Source: Halobacteriales archaeon (lineage in GTDB: Archaea; Halobacteriota; Halobacteria; Halobacteriales; Hikarchaeaceae). Taken from it: a DNA stretch of 55,308 bases. Positions within the stretch are counted from its first letter, which is position 1; the number at the start of each line of letters is the position of its first letter. Under the pieces are notes generated by a model. That model did not search any database. It was given only the letters and a program-made list of their open reading frames with translations, and was not told the DNA's origin. Made by a program: the position numbers and the translations under genes. The stretch is taken from positions 1-55,308 of the forward strand of contig JBDGPX010000042.1 of assembly GCA_042219475.1 (NCBI GenBank), written 5' to 3'. Shown here piece after piece: positions 1 to 9,718 of this stretch.

Positions 1-323
1 TCGAGACGGTGAATCCCCGGAACACGTCGAAGGCGTGCCACGCCTGCGGTGAACATGGCTACCGGCCACGACAGGCGACGTTCAGATGTTCGAACGACGA
101 CTGTTGGGTGGGTGAGTATCAAGCCGACGTGAACGGGGCGATAAACAATGCAGACAAGTATCACGACCGTAGTGGAGAGAGTCACGGCCGAAGCGAGCGG
201 GTTTGCCGGCAGAAGGCCGGTGACGATGACTCGGCTACGGATGGGGCTTCGTTGACCGGGCCACAAGACAGCCACGCGGATGCTGAACCCCAGCAGGTGA
301 GGCGTGGAACGGATGGGTCTTGA
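1..323 (+). CDS. tnpB: 3' part of RNA-guided endonuclease TnpB (IS200/IS605 family), truncated by the window edge
   Basis: VNPRNTSKACHACG...FRCSNDDC zinc ribbon followed by the RuvC-III motif QADVNGAIN; low-complexity C-terminal tail overlapping the omegaRNA. Confidence 0.93.
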   Translation, partial: ETVNPRNTSKACHACGEHGYRPRQATFRCSNDDCWVGEYQADVNGAINNADKYHDRSGESHGRSERVCRQKAGDDDSATDGASLTGPQDSHADAEPQQVRRGTDGS

Positions 324-398
324 AACCAACAGGCCGCAGTGCTGGGCCTGAAATCCCGTGGTGGGATTCCTCCGTGTTTACGCGGAGGAGGAGGTCAA
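1..398 (+). mobile_element. Right part of an IS200/IS605 (IS1341-like) element
   Basis: tnpB 3' end, subterminal hairpin CCTCCGTG-TTTA-CGCGGAGG (369-388) and terminal TCAA (395-398). Confidence 0.9.
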
Positions 399-418
399 CA
401 CATCCTCGATACCGTGAT
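170..418 (+). ncRNA. TnpB omegaRNA / haloarchaeal sense-overlapping RNA: scaffold plus ~20-nt guide from the flank; 5' end approximate
   Basis: Multiple stems (CAAGAC 264-269 with GTCTTG 317-322; AATCCC/GGGATT; terminal hairpin); homologous to the copy at ~43830-44058. Confidence 0.8.
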
Positions 419-542
419 CGATGTAGGTCAATCGAGTGGGATAAACGGCGTAGGGGCGAAACCGAGAACTCACCACCAGGCAGATGTGAGAAAGCCTCAC
501 CGCCGACGAAAGATTCGTGACCGACGAACCCTCGGTGAACAT

Positions 543-1841
543 ATGAACGGCGTCGTCATCGGCGGGACAAGATCCGGCGTCGGCAAGACGATCGCGACGC
601 TTGCGATCCTCCACGCCCTCGAAGGCGCCGGCTATGCGGTCCAACCCGCGAAAGCCGGGCCGGACTTCATCGATCCCAGCCACCACGAGCGCGTGGCCGG
701 GCGCCCGTCCCGAACGCTCGACCGCTGGCTCGAGGGCGAGACCGGACTCCGGCGGAACTACTATCGCGGCGATGGCGACATCTGCATCGTCGAAGGCGTG
801 ATGGGGTTGTACGACGGCGACGGTTCCAGCACCGCCATGGTCGCCGAGTCGCTCGATCTCCCCGTGATCCTCGTCGTCGACGCGAAGGCGGGCATGGAGA
901 GCATCGCCGCGACGGCACTTGGATTCCAGCGCTACAGCGACTACGCCGACAGCGAGGTCGAGGTCGCCGGGGTCATCGCCCAGCGTGCACACGGTGGCCG
1001 CCACGAGCAGGGGATCCGCGACGCGCTCCCGGACGAATTGACGTATTTCGGTCGGATTCCGCCACGCGATGCTCTCGAGATCCCCGACCGGCATCTCGGG
1101 CTGCACATGGGGGAAGAATCGCCCCTTGGGCCCGAAGCGCTCGATACGGCGGCCGAACACATCCAGACGGACGCGATCGTCGACATCGCCCGGGCGCCGC
1201 CACGACCCGATCCAGCATCGGTGCGGGCCGGGAGGGACAAACGGATCGCGATCGCACGGGATGAGGCGTTTCGGTTCTACTATCCGGCGACGATCGAGCG
1301 GCTCCGAGAGCGCGCTGACGTGGTCGCGTTCTCGCCGACGGCCGGGGACGCGCTCCCGGGCTGTGATGGCGTCTATCTGCCCGGCGGCTATCCGGAACTG
1401 CACGCCGAATCGCTGGCGAGCAGTCAAGCGATCCGGCAGCTCGGCGACGCGGCAGCCGATGGACGGCCGGTGCTCGGCGAGTGTGGCGGTCTGATGGCGC
1501 TCGCCGAGACGTTGACCACTACCGACGGCGACACCCACCGAATGGCCGGTATCCTCCCCGCGGATATCCGGATGCACGACCGCTATCAGGCGCTGGATCA
1601 CGTCGAGCTCCATGCCAGGACGGGAACACTCACCGCCGGGGCAGGGCAGACGCTGCGGGGCCACGAGTTTCACTACTCCAGCGCCGATCCGGCGACGGAC
1701 GCCCGGTTCGCGTTCGACGTCGAGCGCGGTGCCGGCATCGATGGGAGCCGGGACGGGCTCTTCGAGTACGAGACGCTGGGGACGTACTGTCACGTCCACC
1801 CCGCGAGCGGCGCCTTCGACACATTCATCGACGCACTATGA
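543..1841 (+). CDS. cobB: Cobyrinic acid a,c-diamide synthase (CbiA/CobB)
   Basis: GTRSGVGKT P-loop, KAGPDFIDP, VEGVMGLYDG, GGYPELH, ECGGLM, GHEFHYS. Confidence 0.96.
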   Translation: MNGVVIGGTRSGVGKTIATLAILHALEGAGYAVQPAKAGPDFIDPSHHERVAGRPSRTLDRWLEGETGLRRNYYRGDGDICIVEGVMGLYDGDGSSTAMVAESLDLPVILVVDAKAGMESIAATALGFQRYSDYADSEVEVAGVIAQRAHGGRHEQGIRDALPDELTYFGRIPPRDALEIPDRHLGLHMGEESPLGPEALDTAAEHIQTDAIVDIARAPPRPDPASVRAGRDKRIAIARDEAFRFYYPATIERLRERADVVAFSPTAGDALPGCDGVYLPGGYPELHAESLASSQAIRQLGDAAADGRPVLGECGGLMALAETLTTTDGDTHRMAGILPADIRMHDRYQALDHVELHARTGTLTAGAGQTLRGHEFHYSSADPATDARFAFDVERGAGIDGSRDGLFEYETLGTYCHVHPASGAFDTFIDAL

Positions 1842-1957
1842 CCGGAGCCGACGACGGGAGTAGTCTCGAACGCGACCCGCTGATCGGTTACGCGCGTTCT
1901 GCTCCTGACACCATCGACGGGAACGTCCGGGACCGGACGGGAGCTGAGGACCGATGA
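1838..1957 (+). other. 39-aa ORF coupled by ATGA overlaps to both cobB and cobQ; possible gene remnant
   Basis: ATGA overlaps at 1838-1841 and 1954-1957. Confidence 0.35.
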
Positions 1958-3426
1958 CCCACACGATCCTCGTCGCCGGAACGGCGAGTCACGTTGGCAA
2001 GAGTACGATCGTCGCCGGCCTCTGCCGCCGGCTCGCCCGACAGGGAACGGCGGTCGCCCCGTTCAAGGCGCAGAACATGAGCAACAACGCACGGGCGGTG
2101 CTGACGCCGGACGGCGAATGGGGGGAGATCGGCGTCTCACAGTTCGTCCAAGCGCGGGCCGCGACCGTGACGCCGACGACCGACATGAACCCCGTGCTGT
2201 TGAAACCCCGCGGCGAGGGCGAGAGTCAACTCGTCATCGACGGCGAGGCGATCGGCCATTACGAGCCCGGAGCGTACTACCGGGACCACTGGGATCACGC
2301 CCAACAGGCAGCCCGTGACGCCTACGAACGGTTGGCGGCGAAGCAGGACGTGATCATCGCCGAGGGCGCGGGGAGCATCGCCGAGATCAACCTCCACGAC
2401 CGCGATCTGGCGAACATCGAGACCGCCCGGTTCGCCGACGCATCGATCCTTCTCGTTGGCGACATCGAACGCGGTGGCGTCTTTGCCAGCCTCTATGGCA
2501 CGCTCGAACTCATGCCGGCGGACCTCCGGGACCGCGTCGAAGGGATCCTTATCACCAAATTCCGGGGAGACGATGCACTCCTCGAGCCCGGGATCGAGGA
2601 GCTGGAGGCCCGGACGGACGTGCCGGTCCTCGATGTCATCCCGTACGACGATCCGGGATTGCCCGAGGAGGACAGCGTCGCCCTCCCCTCGACGGAGGAA
2701 CGCACCGTCATCGGTACCGATGAGATGCCATCGGAGGCGGCGGTCACCATCGGTGTGCCCCGGCTTCCGCGGATTTCGAACTTCACGGACCTCGCACCGC
2801 TGGCCCGCGTCCCGGGTGTCCGCGTCGCATATGTCCCGCTCGATACGGGATTGGCCGATGTCGACGCCGTCGTCATTCCCGGGACGAAGAACACGGTCGA
2901 TGATCTGTTGGTCCTGCAGGACGCCGGATTCGACGACATCCTCACCGACTTTGAAGGCCCGATCGTCGGCATCTGCGGTGGTTACCAGATGCTCGGCGAG
3001 CGGATCACGAACGCCGCGATCGAGGGGACGGGGGACGAGGACGTCATCGATGGGATCGGGCTACTCCCCGTCGAGACCCGCTTTACCCACCGAAAACAGG
3101 TCCAGCAGATGACAGTGGAGATCAGTGGGAGTGGTCCGATCGACGGCGCCCGGGGGATCGTCTCGGGTTACGAGATCCACATGGGTCGGACCACGCCGGC
3201 GACACCGGTTGCTCAACCGCTGGAGGAACAGAGCGTCGCCACGGAATCCGTCCTCGGGACCTATCTCCACGGTCTCTTCGAAAACGCGCCGGTTCGCGAT
3301 GCGTTTCTCGACACGGTGTTCGAAACGGCCGACAAACAGCGTCCGGACAGGTCGGCGGATATACGGTCGCCGTATGCTGCGGCCGCCGATCAGGTCGGAG
3401 ATATCGACCTCTCGGCGCTGTGCTGA
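1954..3426 (+). CDS. cobQ: Cobyric acid synthase (CbiP/CobQ)
   Basis: [67 protein letters not shown]. Confidence 0.97.
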   Translation: MTHTILVAGTASHVGKSTIVAGLCRRLARQGTAVAPFKAQNMSNNARAVLTPDGEWGEIGVSQFVQARAATVTPTTDMNPVLLKPRGEGESQLVIDGEAIGHYEPGAYYRDHWDHAQQAARDAYERLAAKQDVIIAEGAGSIAEINLHDRDLANIETARFADASILLVGDIERGGVFASLYGTLELMPADLRDRVEGILITKFRGDDALLEPGIEELEARTDVPVLDVIPYDDPGLPEEDSVALPSTEERTVIGTDEMPSEAAVTIGVPRLPRISNFTDLAPLARVPGVRVAYVPLDTGLADVDAVVIPGTKNTVDDLLVLQDAGFDDILTDFEGPIVGICGGYQMLGERITNAAIEGTGDEDVIDGIGLLPVETRFTHRKQVQQMTVEISGSGPIDGARGIVSGYEIHMGRTTPATPVAQPLEEQSVATESVLGTYLHGLFENAPVRDAFLDTVFETADKQRPDRSADIRSPYAAAADQVGDIDLSALC

Positions 3427-3585
3427 TGGGTATTCCGGCCCGAGCGTCACCGACCGAGGCCTGGAAGATCGACGGGATCCGGCGGTAGAAGCAAAAGTCA
3501 TCGATCGATGTTCCACCGAGCGGGGCCATGGAAACGATCGATGGACACACACGACCCGTCGAGGACGGCCCGACAATCGACCGGA

Positions 3586-3795
3586 TCAATCGGGCCGAAA
3601 CGCGTCGACGACGGCGGCGGCCGACCGTTCCAACCCGAGTTGCTCCCGGAGGCGTTCGACTTCCGGATGGTCGAGGTTGACGTGCGGACAGAAGGCGCCA
3701 CAGGTCTCCTCGGGACATTTGACCTCGACCAGCATGACGTCGTAGGGGCGCTCGACAGCCGTTCCCCCACACTGGGCACATTCGTATGTCGGCAT
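3586..3795 (-). CDS. Small (69 aa) CxxC zinc-finger protein
   Basis: MPTYECAQCGG...CPEETCG: two Cys pairs, typical of haloarchaeal small Zn-finger proteins. Confidence 0.7.
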   Translation of the reverse strand: MPTYECAQCGGTAVERPYDVMLVEVKCPEETCGAFCPHVNLDHPEVERLREQLGLERSAAAVVDAFRPD

Positions 3796-3898
3796 CCGAC
3801 TATCAGTATCAGGGGATGGCGGGCCAAATACCCTCGGATCGGGGCGATCGTATCCGGACAACCGAAACACCCATGCGCGAACCGGACCAGACCCAGAT

Positions 3899-4087
3899 AT
3901 GGTCTTGGGCATCGAAACGTGGCAACTCATGGCCGGGCTCAGTGTCGTGTTAGTCCTCTACGGCCTTGCCACCCAATTGCTGAACGCGCCGGCATCGATC
4001 GGCGGGCTGGTGGTGTTGTTGATCTTCGGCGGGCTGGGGATCGCCTTCGGCCAGTATATCGGCGAGCGGTTCGCCGGCGGGGATTGA
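3899..4087 (+). CDS. Small membrane protein (2 TM)
   Basis: 62 aa with two hydrophobic helices. Confidence 0.7.
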   Translation: MVLGIETWQLMAGLSVVLVLYGLATQLLNAPASIGGLVVLLIFGGLGIAFGQYIGERFAGGD

Positions 4088-4314
4088 ATCCGAGAACGCT
4101 GGTCACAACAGGATTGATTCCGAGCCACACGGGATCGGCTGACAGCACTCATTACCCTGGTCCGCTCGGCCGGAACGGCGGAATCTCATCCGGTCAATGG
4201 TATGCGATCGGTCTACTGTAGTGCGATTGGAGAACAGGGAAATCATCGACTCGGTTCAGTTTCACTAAGGAGTGAGAACCTTCTTATCACAGTGACCGGT
4301 AATGGATGTACCGA

Positions 4315-7300
4315 ATGGCCCAGACCGACGAACGGGAACTCGTCGATCGGTTCGAGCAGTTCTACCGGAACTACTACCGCGATGAGATCGGGGATCTCGC
4401 CCAACAGTATCCCACCGAACGCCGGTCGCTACATATCGACTGGCAGGACCTCTATCGCTTCGATCCGGACATCGCCGACGATTACCTCGCCCAGCCGGAT
4501 CAGCTCCGGGAGTACGCCGAGGAGGCCCTCCGACTCTACGATCTCCCAGTCGACGTGAGCCTCGGGCAGGCCCATGTCCGCATCGAGAACCTCTCGGACA
4601 CAACGGAGATCCGTGACATCCGCTCGCGGGACGTCAACACTCTCGTCGCCGTCCAGGGCATCGTCCGCAAGGCGACGGACGTCCGCCCGAAAGTCGAGGA
4701 GGCCGCCTTCGAATGCCAGCGCTGTGGAACGCTTACCTACATCCCCCAGACCGAGGGGGGGTTTCAGGAACCGCACGAGTGCCAGGGCTGTGAACGCCAG
4801 GGTCCCTTCGGCATCAACTACGACCAATCGACGTTCGTCGATGCCCAGAAACTCCGTGTCCAGGAGAGCCCCGAAGGGCTCCGTGGCGGCGAGACGCCCC
4901 AGAGCATCGACGTCAACATCGAGGACGACATCACCGGCGAGGTGACCCCCGGCGACCACGTCACGGTCACCGGTGCCCTCCGGATCGAACAGCAGGAGTC
5001 GGGCGGCCAGAAATCCCGCCTGTTCGACGTCTACATGGACGGCCACTCGCTGACGATCGAGGACGAAGAGTACGAGGACATGGACATCACCGAGGCCGAC
5101 CGCCAGGCGATCGTCGAACTCTCGAACGCGCCCGATCTCTACGAGCAGATGGTCGACTCGATCGCCCCTTCGATCTACGGGTATGAGAAGATCAAACTCG
5201 CCATCGCCCTCCAACTGTTCTCGGGCGTGACGAAACACCTCCCCGACGAATCTAGAATTCGGGGCGATATGCATATGCTTCTGATCGGGGACCCTGGGAC
5301 GGGGAAATGCGTCGGTGGCGATACGAGAGTGACACTCTCGGATGGACGTGAGATCCCCATCCGTAAATTAGTCGAAGAAAATCTCACCGATCCGAAACCA
5401 GTCGACGATGGAGTGTACGACGAGGTCGAGTTCACGGTCCCTTCGCTAGGCATCGACGGATCGATGGAGCATCAGCGAGCGACGAAAGTGTGGAAGCGAG
5501 AAGCACCGGATCGGATGTACTGCATTCGGACGGCGAGTGGACGGGAAGTCGAGGTGACGCCATCACACCCGCTGTTCGTCCAAGCCGACGGACAGTACAA
5601 ACCGGTGACTGCTGATAACCTCACGACCGGCGACTTCGTCGCAGTACCGCGAACACGTCCGGTGACGGGTAAAGATACGATAGACATCGGCTATCGTGAG
5701 TCGAAAGCATCGAACGCTGTTCGTCTCGATCTTCCCGAGGAATGGACACCGTGGCTTGCCCGTCTCATCGGCTATATCATCGCTGCTGGAGACGTCGAGC
5801 ACCGGGACGATAATGGTGGCTTTGTCTCGATTACGAACACCGATCAAGAGGTACTCGACGATGCAGCGGAAGCACTCGAACGACTCGGGGTTAATCACTT
5901 CGAACGCGGTCCACACAAGGGCAAGCAAGCCAGCGAGTTGATCTGCACAGCCGGCGAATTGGTGCGGTTCCTCGATAATCTCGAACTATCGATTCTGGAC
6001 GGATCAGCCGAACAACGAGTGCCGGAAGCGGTGATGCAAGCAACGTCGTCGATCAAAGAGTCGTTCTTGAAAGCGTACGTCGAAGGAGAGGGACGCGTCT
6101 CGACGACGGAACGAGAGATTACGGTAACATCAGCGAGCCGTGAATTGATAGCGAATCTCCGGAGCCTTCTTTTGGCTTGCGGGATCGGATCACAGCTCGA
6201 AACGCGTTGGGATGACAGCTATCGCCTGCGAATCAGCGGCGCGAACTTCGTCAGATACGCCGAGACAATCGGCTTTATTACGGACCGGAAAACCGCTGCA
6301 ACTCACGAGTCCGAGGGAACAGCGAAAAACACGACTATCGACGTGATCCCGGATATCGGCGACGAGTTACGCCGAATCAGGGAAACGCTCGAACTCGCAC
6401 AATCCGACTGTAATATTCCACGAACGACCTATCAACACTACGAACGTGGCGATCGAAACCCGAGTCACCACCACCTCCGAATGATTGTTGAGGCGTTCGA
6501 GCAACGCCTTGTGTGGTTGCGTGAAACACGGAATCGTATTGAGAACGGAAACTGGGAGGATATTGAAACCATCAGACAAGAGTTGAATATTGCTCGGAAA
6601 ACGCTCGCTGATGGGATGGATGTCACACAGTCCGCGATCGATTACTACGAACAAAAAAACGTGGTGCCGGATGGGGGACAGACCGCAGCTGCGAGACAAA
6701 CAGTACGCGACCAGATCAAGCGATCGCTCAACGTCGCTGAGGACATCAGAGCACTCCGTGAACTCACCGATGACGACGTCAGCTGGGAGCGGATCGAATC
6801 GATCCGGACGGTGGATCCCGACTACGACTGGGTCTACGATCTCGAGGTTGAAAATACTCACAATTACCTCACCAACGGTATTCTGTCACATAACTCACAG
6901 CTCTTGCAGTATATCCGCAATATCGCTCCACGATCGGTGTACACCTCGGGGAAAGGATCATCGGCCGCCGGCCTTACGGCGAGTGCGGTTCGCGATGATT
7001 TCGGCGACGGTCAACAGTGGACACTAGAAGCAGGTGCCCTCGTCCTCGCAGACAAGGGGATCGCTGCTGTCGACGAGTTAGACAAGATGCGGTGTGTCAC
7101 CGGCGATACGCTCGTCCGAATGGGTGATGGCCACAACAGACCAATCGAAACGGTAGCACGGCAGGCAGCAAACGAGGGAGAAATCGAGACGCTTGCCAAC
7201 GGTCGAACGATTCGCGATGTCGATGCATCAGTATATACCATGACTGATGACGAACGGATCGTCCGCCGACCGATCACAGCAGTTCACGAGTATACCGCGC

Positions 7301-8583
7301 CGGAGAGATTGTATACCGTTTCGCTAGAGTCTGGCGATTCGATAACAACGACCAGCGATCACCCGTTTATTATCGCAGAGGAAGGGGAACAAACGGAGCG
7401 ACCGGCATCGGAATTAACCGCTGGAGACGAAGTCTACGTGCCAACTCGGGAGGCGGGACTGGTCACGGACGGCGGTGCTAGCAACGATGCACCTGGAGCT
7501 TCGTCCATCCAATCTAAGGATACTCCGGAACGGACCAATCGAAAGGAGGTTGAGCAGGACGTCGAGCGATGTCGAGTAACCGACGTCAAAGAAGTTAGCG
7601 GCAAAGGGCGACAAGTGTATGATCTGACTGTCGAAGGCACCCACAATTTCATCGCCAACGGCATGGTCGTCCACAATTCCGAGGATCGGTCGGCCATGCA
7701 CGAAGCACTCGAACAACAAAATATCAGCATAAGTAAGGCCGGAATCAACGCCACACTCAAATCCAGATGCTCGCTATTGGGCGCTGCGAACCCTAAATAC
7801 GGCCGGTTCGACCAATACGAACCGATCGCCGAGCAGATCGATCTCGAGCCGGCATTGATCTCGCGGTTCGACCTGATCTTCACCGTCACCGACCAGCCCG
7901 ACGAGGAGGAGGATCGGGCGTTGGCCGAACACATCCTCTCGACCAACTACGCCGGCGAGGTCGCCACCCAGCGGACGGAACTATCGACCCCGAACGTCAG
8001 CGAGGACGAACTCGAGGCGATCGGCGCGGACGCCGAGCCGGCGATCGGACCGGAGCTGTTCCGGAAGTACATCGCCTATGCCAAACGCAACTGCTTCCCG
8101 ACGCTGACTGATGGGGCCAAGGCGGCGATCGAGGATTTCTACGTCGATCTCCGACTGCAGGGTACCGACGAGGACGCCCCGGTTCCGGTGACCGCACGGA
8201 AGCTCGAGGCGTTGATCCGGCTCGCGGAGGCCTCCGCACGCATCCGACTGTCGGACACCGTCGACGAGGCGGACGCCGAGCGTGCGATCGACATCGTCCG
8301 GTCGTGTCTGCAGGACATCGGCATCGATCCCGAGACCGGCCAGTTCGACGCCGACGTCATCGAGACGGGGACCTCGAAATCCCAGCGGGATCGGATCAAG
8401 AACCTCCTCGAGCTCATCCAGACCATCGAGGACGAGTACCAGGAGGGCGCGCCTATTGAGGAGGTCCTCTCACGGGCCGATGAGATCGGTATGGAGCAAT
8501 CGAAGGCCGAACACGAGATCGAGAAACTCAAACGACAGGGCGAGGTGTACGAGCCCTCGACCGATCATCTCCGGACGACTTAG
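4315..8583 (+). CDS. mcm: Replicative helicase MCM with two inteins (mature protein ~698 aa)
   Basis: N-terminal CQRC/CQGC zinc finger, Walker A GDPGTGK|S, LEAGALVLAD, Walker B VDELDKM, AANPKYGRF, SRFDL, C-terminal winged helix. Confidence 0.97.
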   Translation: MAQTDERELVDRFEQFYRNYYRDEIGDLAQQYPTERRSLHIDWQDLYRFDPDIADDYLAQPDQLREYAEEALRLYDLPVDVSLGQAHVRIENLSDTTEIRDIRSRDVNTLVAVQGIVRKATDVRPKVEEAAFECQRCGTLTYIPQTEGGFQEPHECQGCERQGPFGINYDQSTFVDAQKLRVQESPEGLRGGETPQSIDVNIEDDITGEVTPGDHVTVTGALRIEQQESGGQKSRLFDVYMDGHSLTIEDEEYEDMDITEADRQAIVELSNAPDLYEQMVDSIAPSIYGYEKIKLAIALQLFSGVTKHLPDESRIRGDMHMLLIGDPGTGKCVGGDTRVTLSDGREIPIRKLVEENLTDPKPVDDGVYDEVEFTVPSLGIDGSMEHQRATKVWKREAPDRMYCIRTASGREVEVTPSHPLFVQADGQYKPVTADNLTTGDFVAVPRTRPVTGKDTIDIGYRESKASNAVRLDLPEEWTPWLARLIGYIIAAGDVEHRDDNGGFVSITNTDQEVLDDAAEALERLGVNHFERGPHKGKQASELICTAGELVRFLDNLELSILDGSAEQRVPEAVMQATSSIKESFLKAYVEGEGRVSTTEREITVTSASRELIANLRSLLLACGIGSQLETRWDDSYRLRISGANFVRYAETIGFITDRKTAATHESEGTAKNTTIDVIPDIGDELRRIRETLELAQSDCNIPRTTYQHYERGDRNPSHHHLRMIVEAFEQRLVWLRETRNRIENGNWEDIETIRQELNIARKTLADGMDVTQSAIDYYEQKNVVPDGGQTAAARQTVRDQIKRSLNVAEDIRALRELTDDDVSWERIESIRTVDPDYDWVYDLEVENTHNYLTNGILSHNSQLLQYIRNIAPRSVYTSGKGSSAAGLTASAVRDDFGDGQQWTLEAGALVLADKGIAAVDELDKMRCVTGDTLVRMGDGHNRPIETVARQAANEGEIETLANGRTIRDVDASVYTMTDDERIVRRPITAVHEYTAPERLYTVSLESGDSITTTSDHPFIIAEEGEQTERPASELTAGDEVYVPTREAGLVTDGGASNDAPGASSIQSKDTPERTNRKEVEQDVERCRVTDVKEVSGKGRQVYDLTVEGTHNFIANGMVVHNSEDRSAMHEALEQQNISISKAGINATLKSRCSLLGAANPKYGRFDQYEPIAEQIDLEPALISRFDLIFTVTDQPDEEEDRALAEHILSTNYAGEVATQRTELSTPNVSEDELEAIGADAEPAIGPELFRKYIAYAKRNCFPTLTDGAKAAIEDFYVDLRLQGTDEDAPVPVTARKLEALIRLAEASARIRLSDTVDEADAERAIDIVRSCLQDIGIDPETGQFDADVIETGTSKSQRDRIKNLLELIQTIEDEYQEGAPIEEVLSRADEIGMEQSKAEHEIEKLKRQGEVYEPSTDHLRTT
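5308..6894 (+). mobile_element. Intein 1 of MCM (529 aa) with LAGLIDADG homing endonuclease and HTH insertions
   Basis: Starts CVGGDT inside Walker A; block B TPSHPL; LAGLIDADG-like LIGYIIAAG and FLKAYVEGEG; ends VYDLEVENTHNYLTNGILSHN|S. Confidence 0.95.
7093..7677 (+). mobile_element. Intein 2 of MCM (195-aa mini-intein, no endonuclease)
   Basis: Starts CVTGDT after DELDKMR; TTSDHPF; ends VYDLTVEGTHNFIANGMVVHN|S. Confidence 0.95.
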
Positions 8584-8602
8584 CGTCCGTTCTTGCGGGA
8601 CA

Positions 8603-9556
8603 TCAGTCGGCGGTGGACTGTTCGTGACTGTCAGTATCAGCGTCGGCGTCAGCGCGTTCAGCCACACCGGATGCATCCTCACCGTCGTCGTCCCGGAGCG
8701 CCACGTAGGTGGTTCGGAGCGTGACCGGTGTGACGTCGGCGACATCAGCGGCCGCTTGTTGAGTGAGTTCGACGCCCTGCTCGCGGGCCGCGAGGTAGAG
8801 ACAGGCGGCGGCGATCCCACAGGGGTTGCGGCCGATCACGAGCCCGCGATCGGCGGCGGTCGCGACGTGCTCGCGGGCGGCTCGTTCGATCGCCGCCGGG
8901 AGGTCGAGCTCGCTCGCAAACCGGGCGAGATACTCGGCGGGATCGATCGGTCCCGTCGGCAGGCCTAATTCGCGGTTCATGGCGTCGTAGGCCGTCTTGA
9001 GTTCGTTTTCGGTCGCGTGGGCGACGGCGACGACTTCCCCGATCGTGCGTGGCAGATCGTCGACCCGGGAGACCGCATACACCACCGCGGCGGCGAACCC
9101 TTCGATCGAGCGGCCGCGAAGCAGATCAGCGTCCTGTGCGGATTCAAAGAGGACACAAGCCCGGTCACGGACCGCGTGGGGCAGTCCGAGCTCGGCGACC
9201 AACCGACGGATCTCGGTGAACCCATAGACGCGGTTGCGATCGGCCTTCGTCGAGATCCGTGCGCGGTTGTGTTGCCGCCGCATGCGGGCCAACTGTCGGC
9301 GCTTGCGGCCGGCCACCCGGCGGGATCCGCGGCCGATCTCCGTCGAGAGGCCGCGGTCGTGCCGAGATCGGGTCAGCGGCGCGCCCGTCCGCTCGCGGTC
9401 GAGCGCCTCGAAGGGTCGCCACTCGGGTCCACGATCGATCCGGTCTTCGGCGACGATCAGCCCACAGTCCTCACAGATCGTTTCCCCGCCATCGATACGG
9501 AGTCGACCGCCACACTCCGGACAACACGATCGGTCGTCGGTATCTGTTCCCGACAT
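8603..9556 (-). CDS. tfb: Transcription initiation factor IIB (TFB paralogue)
   Basis: CPECGG...CEDCG zinc ribbon, IDRGPEWR, RTGAP, HDRGLSTEI, two cyclin repeats (GRSIE; GRNPCGIAAA). Confidence 0.95.
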   Translation of the reverse strand: MSGTDTDDRSCCPECGGRLRIDGGETICEDCGLIVAEDRIDRGPEWRPFEALDRERTGAPLTRSRHDRGLSTEIGRGSRRVAGRKRRQLARMRRQHNRARISTKADRNRVYGFTEIRRLVAELGLPHAVRDRACVLFESAQDADLLRGRSIEGFAAAVVYAVSRVDDLPRTIGEVVAVAHATENELKTAYDAMNRELGLPTGPIDPAEYLARFASELDLPAAIERAAREHVATAADRGLVIGRNPCGIAAACLYLAAREQGVELTQQAAADVADVTPVTLRTTYVALRDDDGEDASGVAERADADADTDSHEQSTAD

Positions 9557-9718
9557 GGTTAAAATTACTCTCGTCGGGATCGAATATAACATCTCGGATC
9601 CGTGTAAACAACGGATCGATCCGTGGCAAGAGACGGAGAAGATCCGATGAAACCGCAGGACTACGCTGAGATGTAGTGAGATGATGTACCGGACGATGAG
9701 AACAGTAGCGGCCAGTCA

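Noticed and set aside
426-432. Second AGGTCAA 34 nt after the IS right end
   Set aside because: No accompanying hairpin; too short to call a tandem end or guide array.
339-542. N-terminal extension of cobB in the ORF track
   Set aside because: It runs through the IS right end; homology starts at the ATG at 543.
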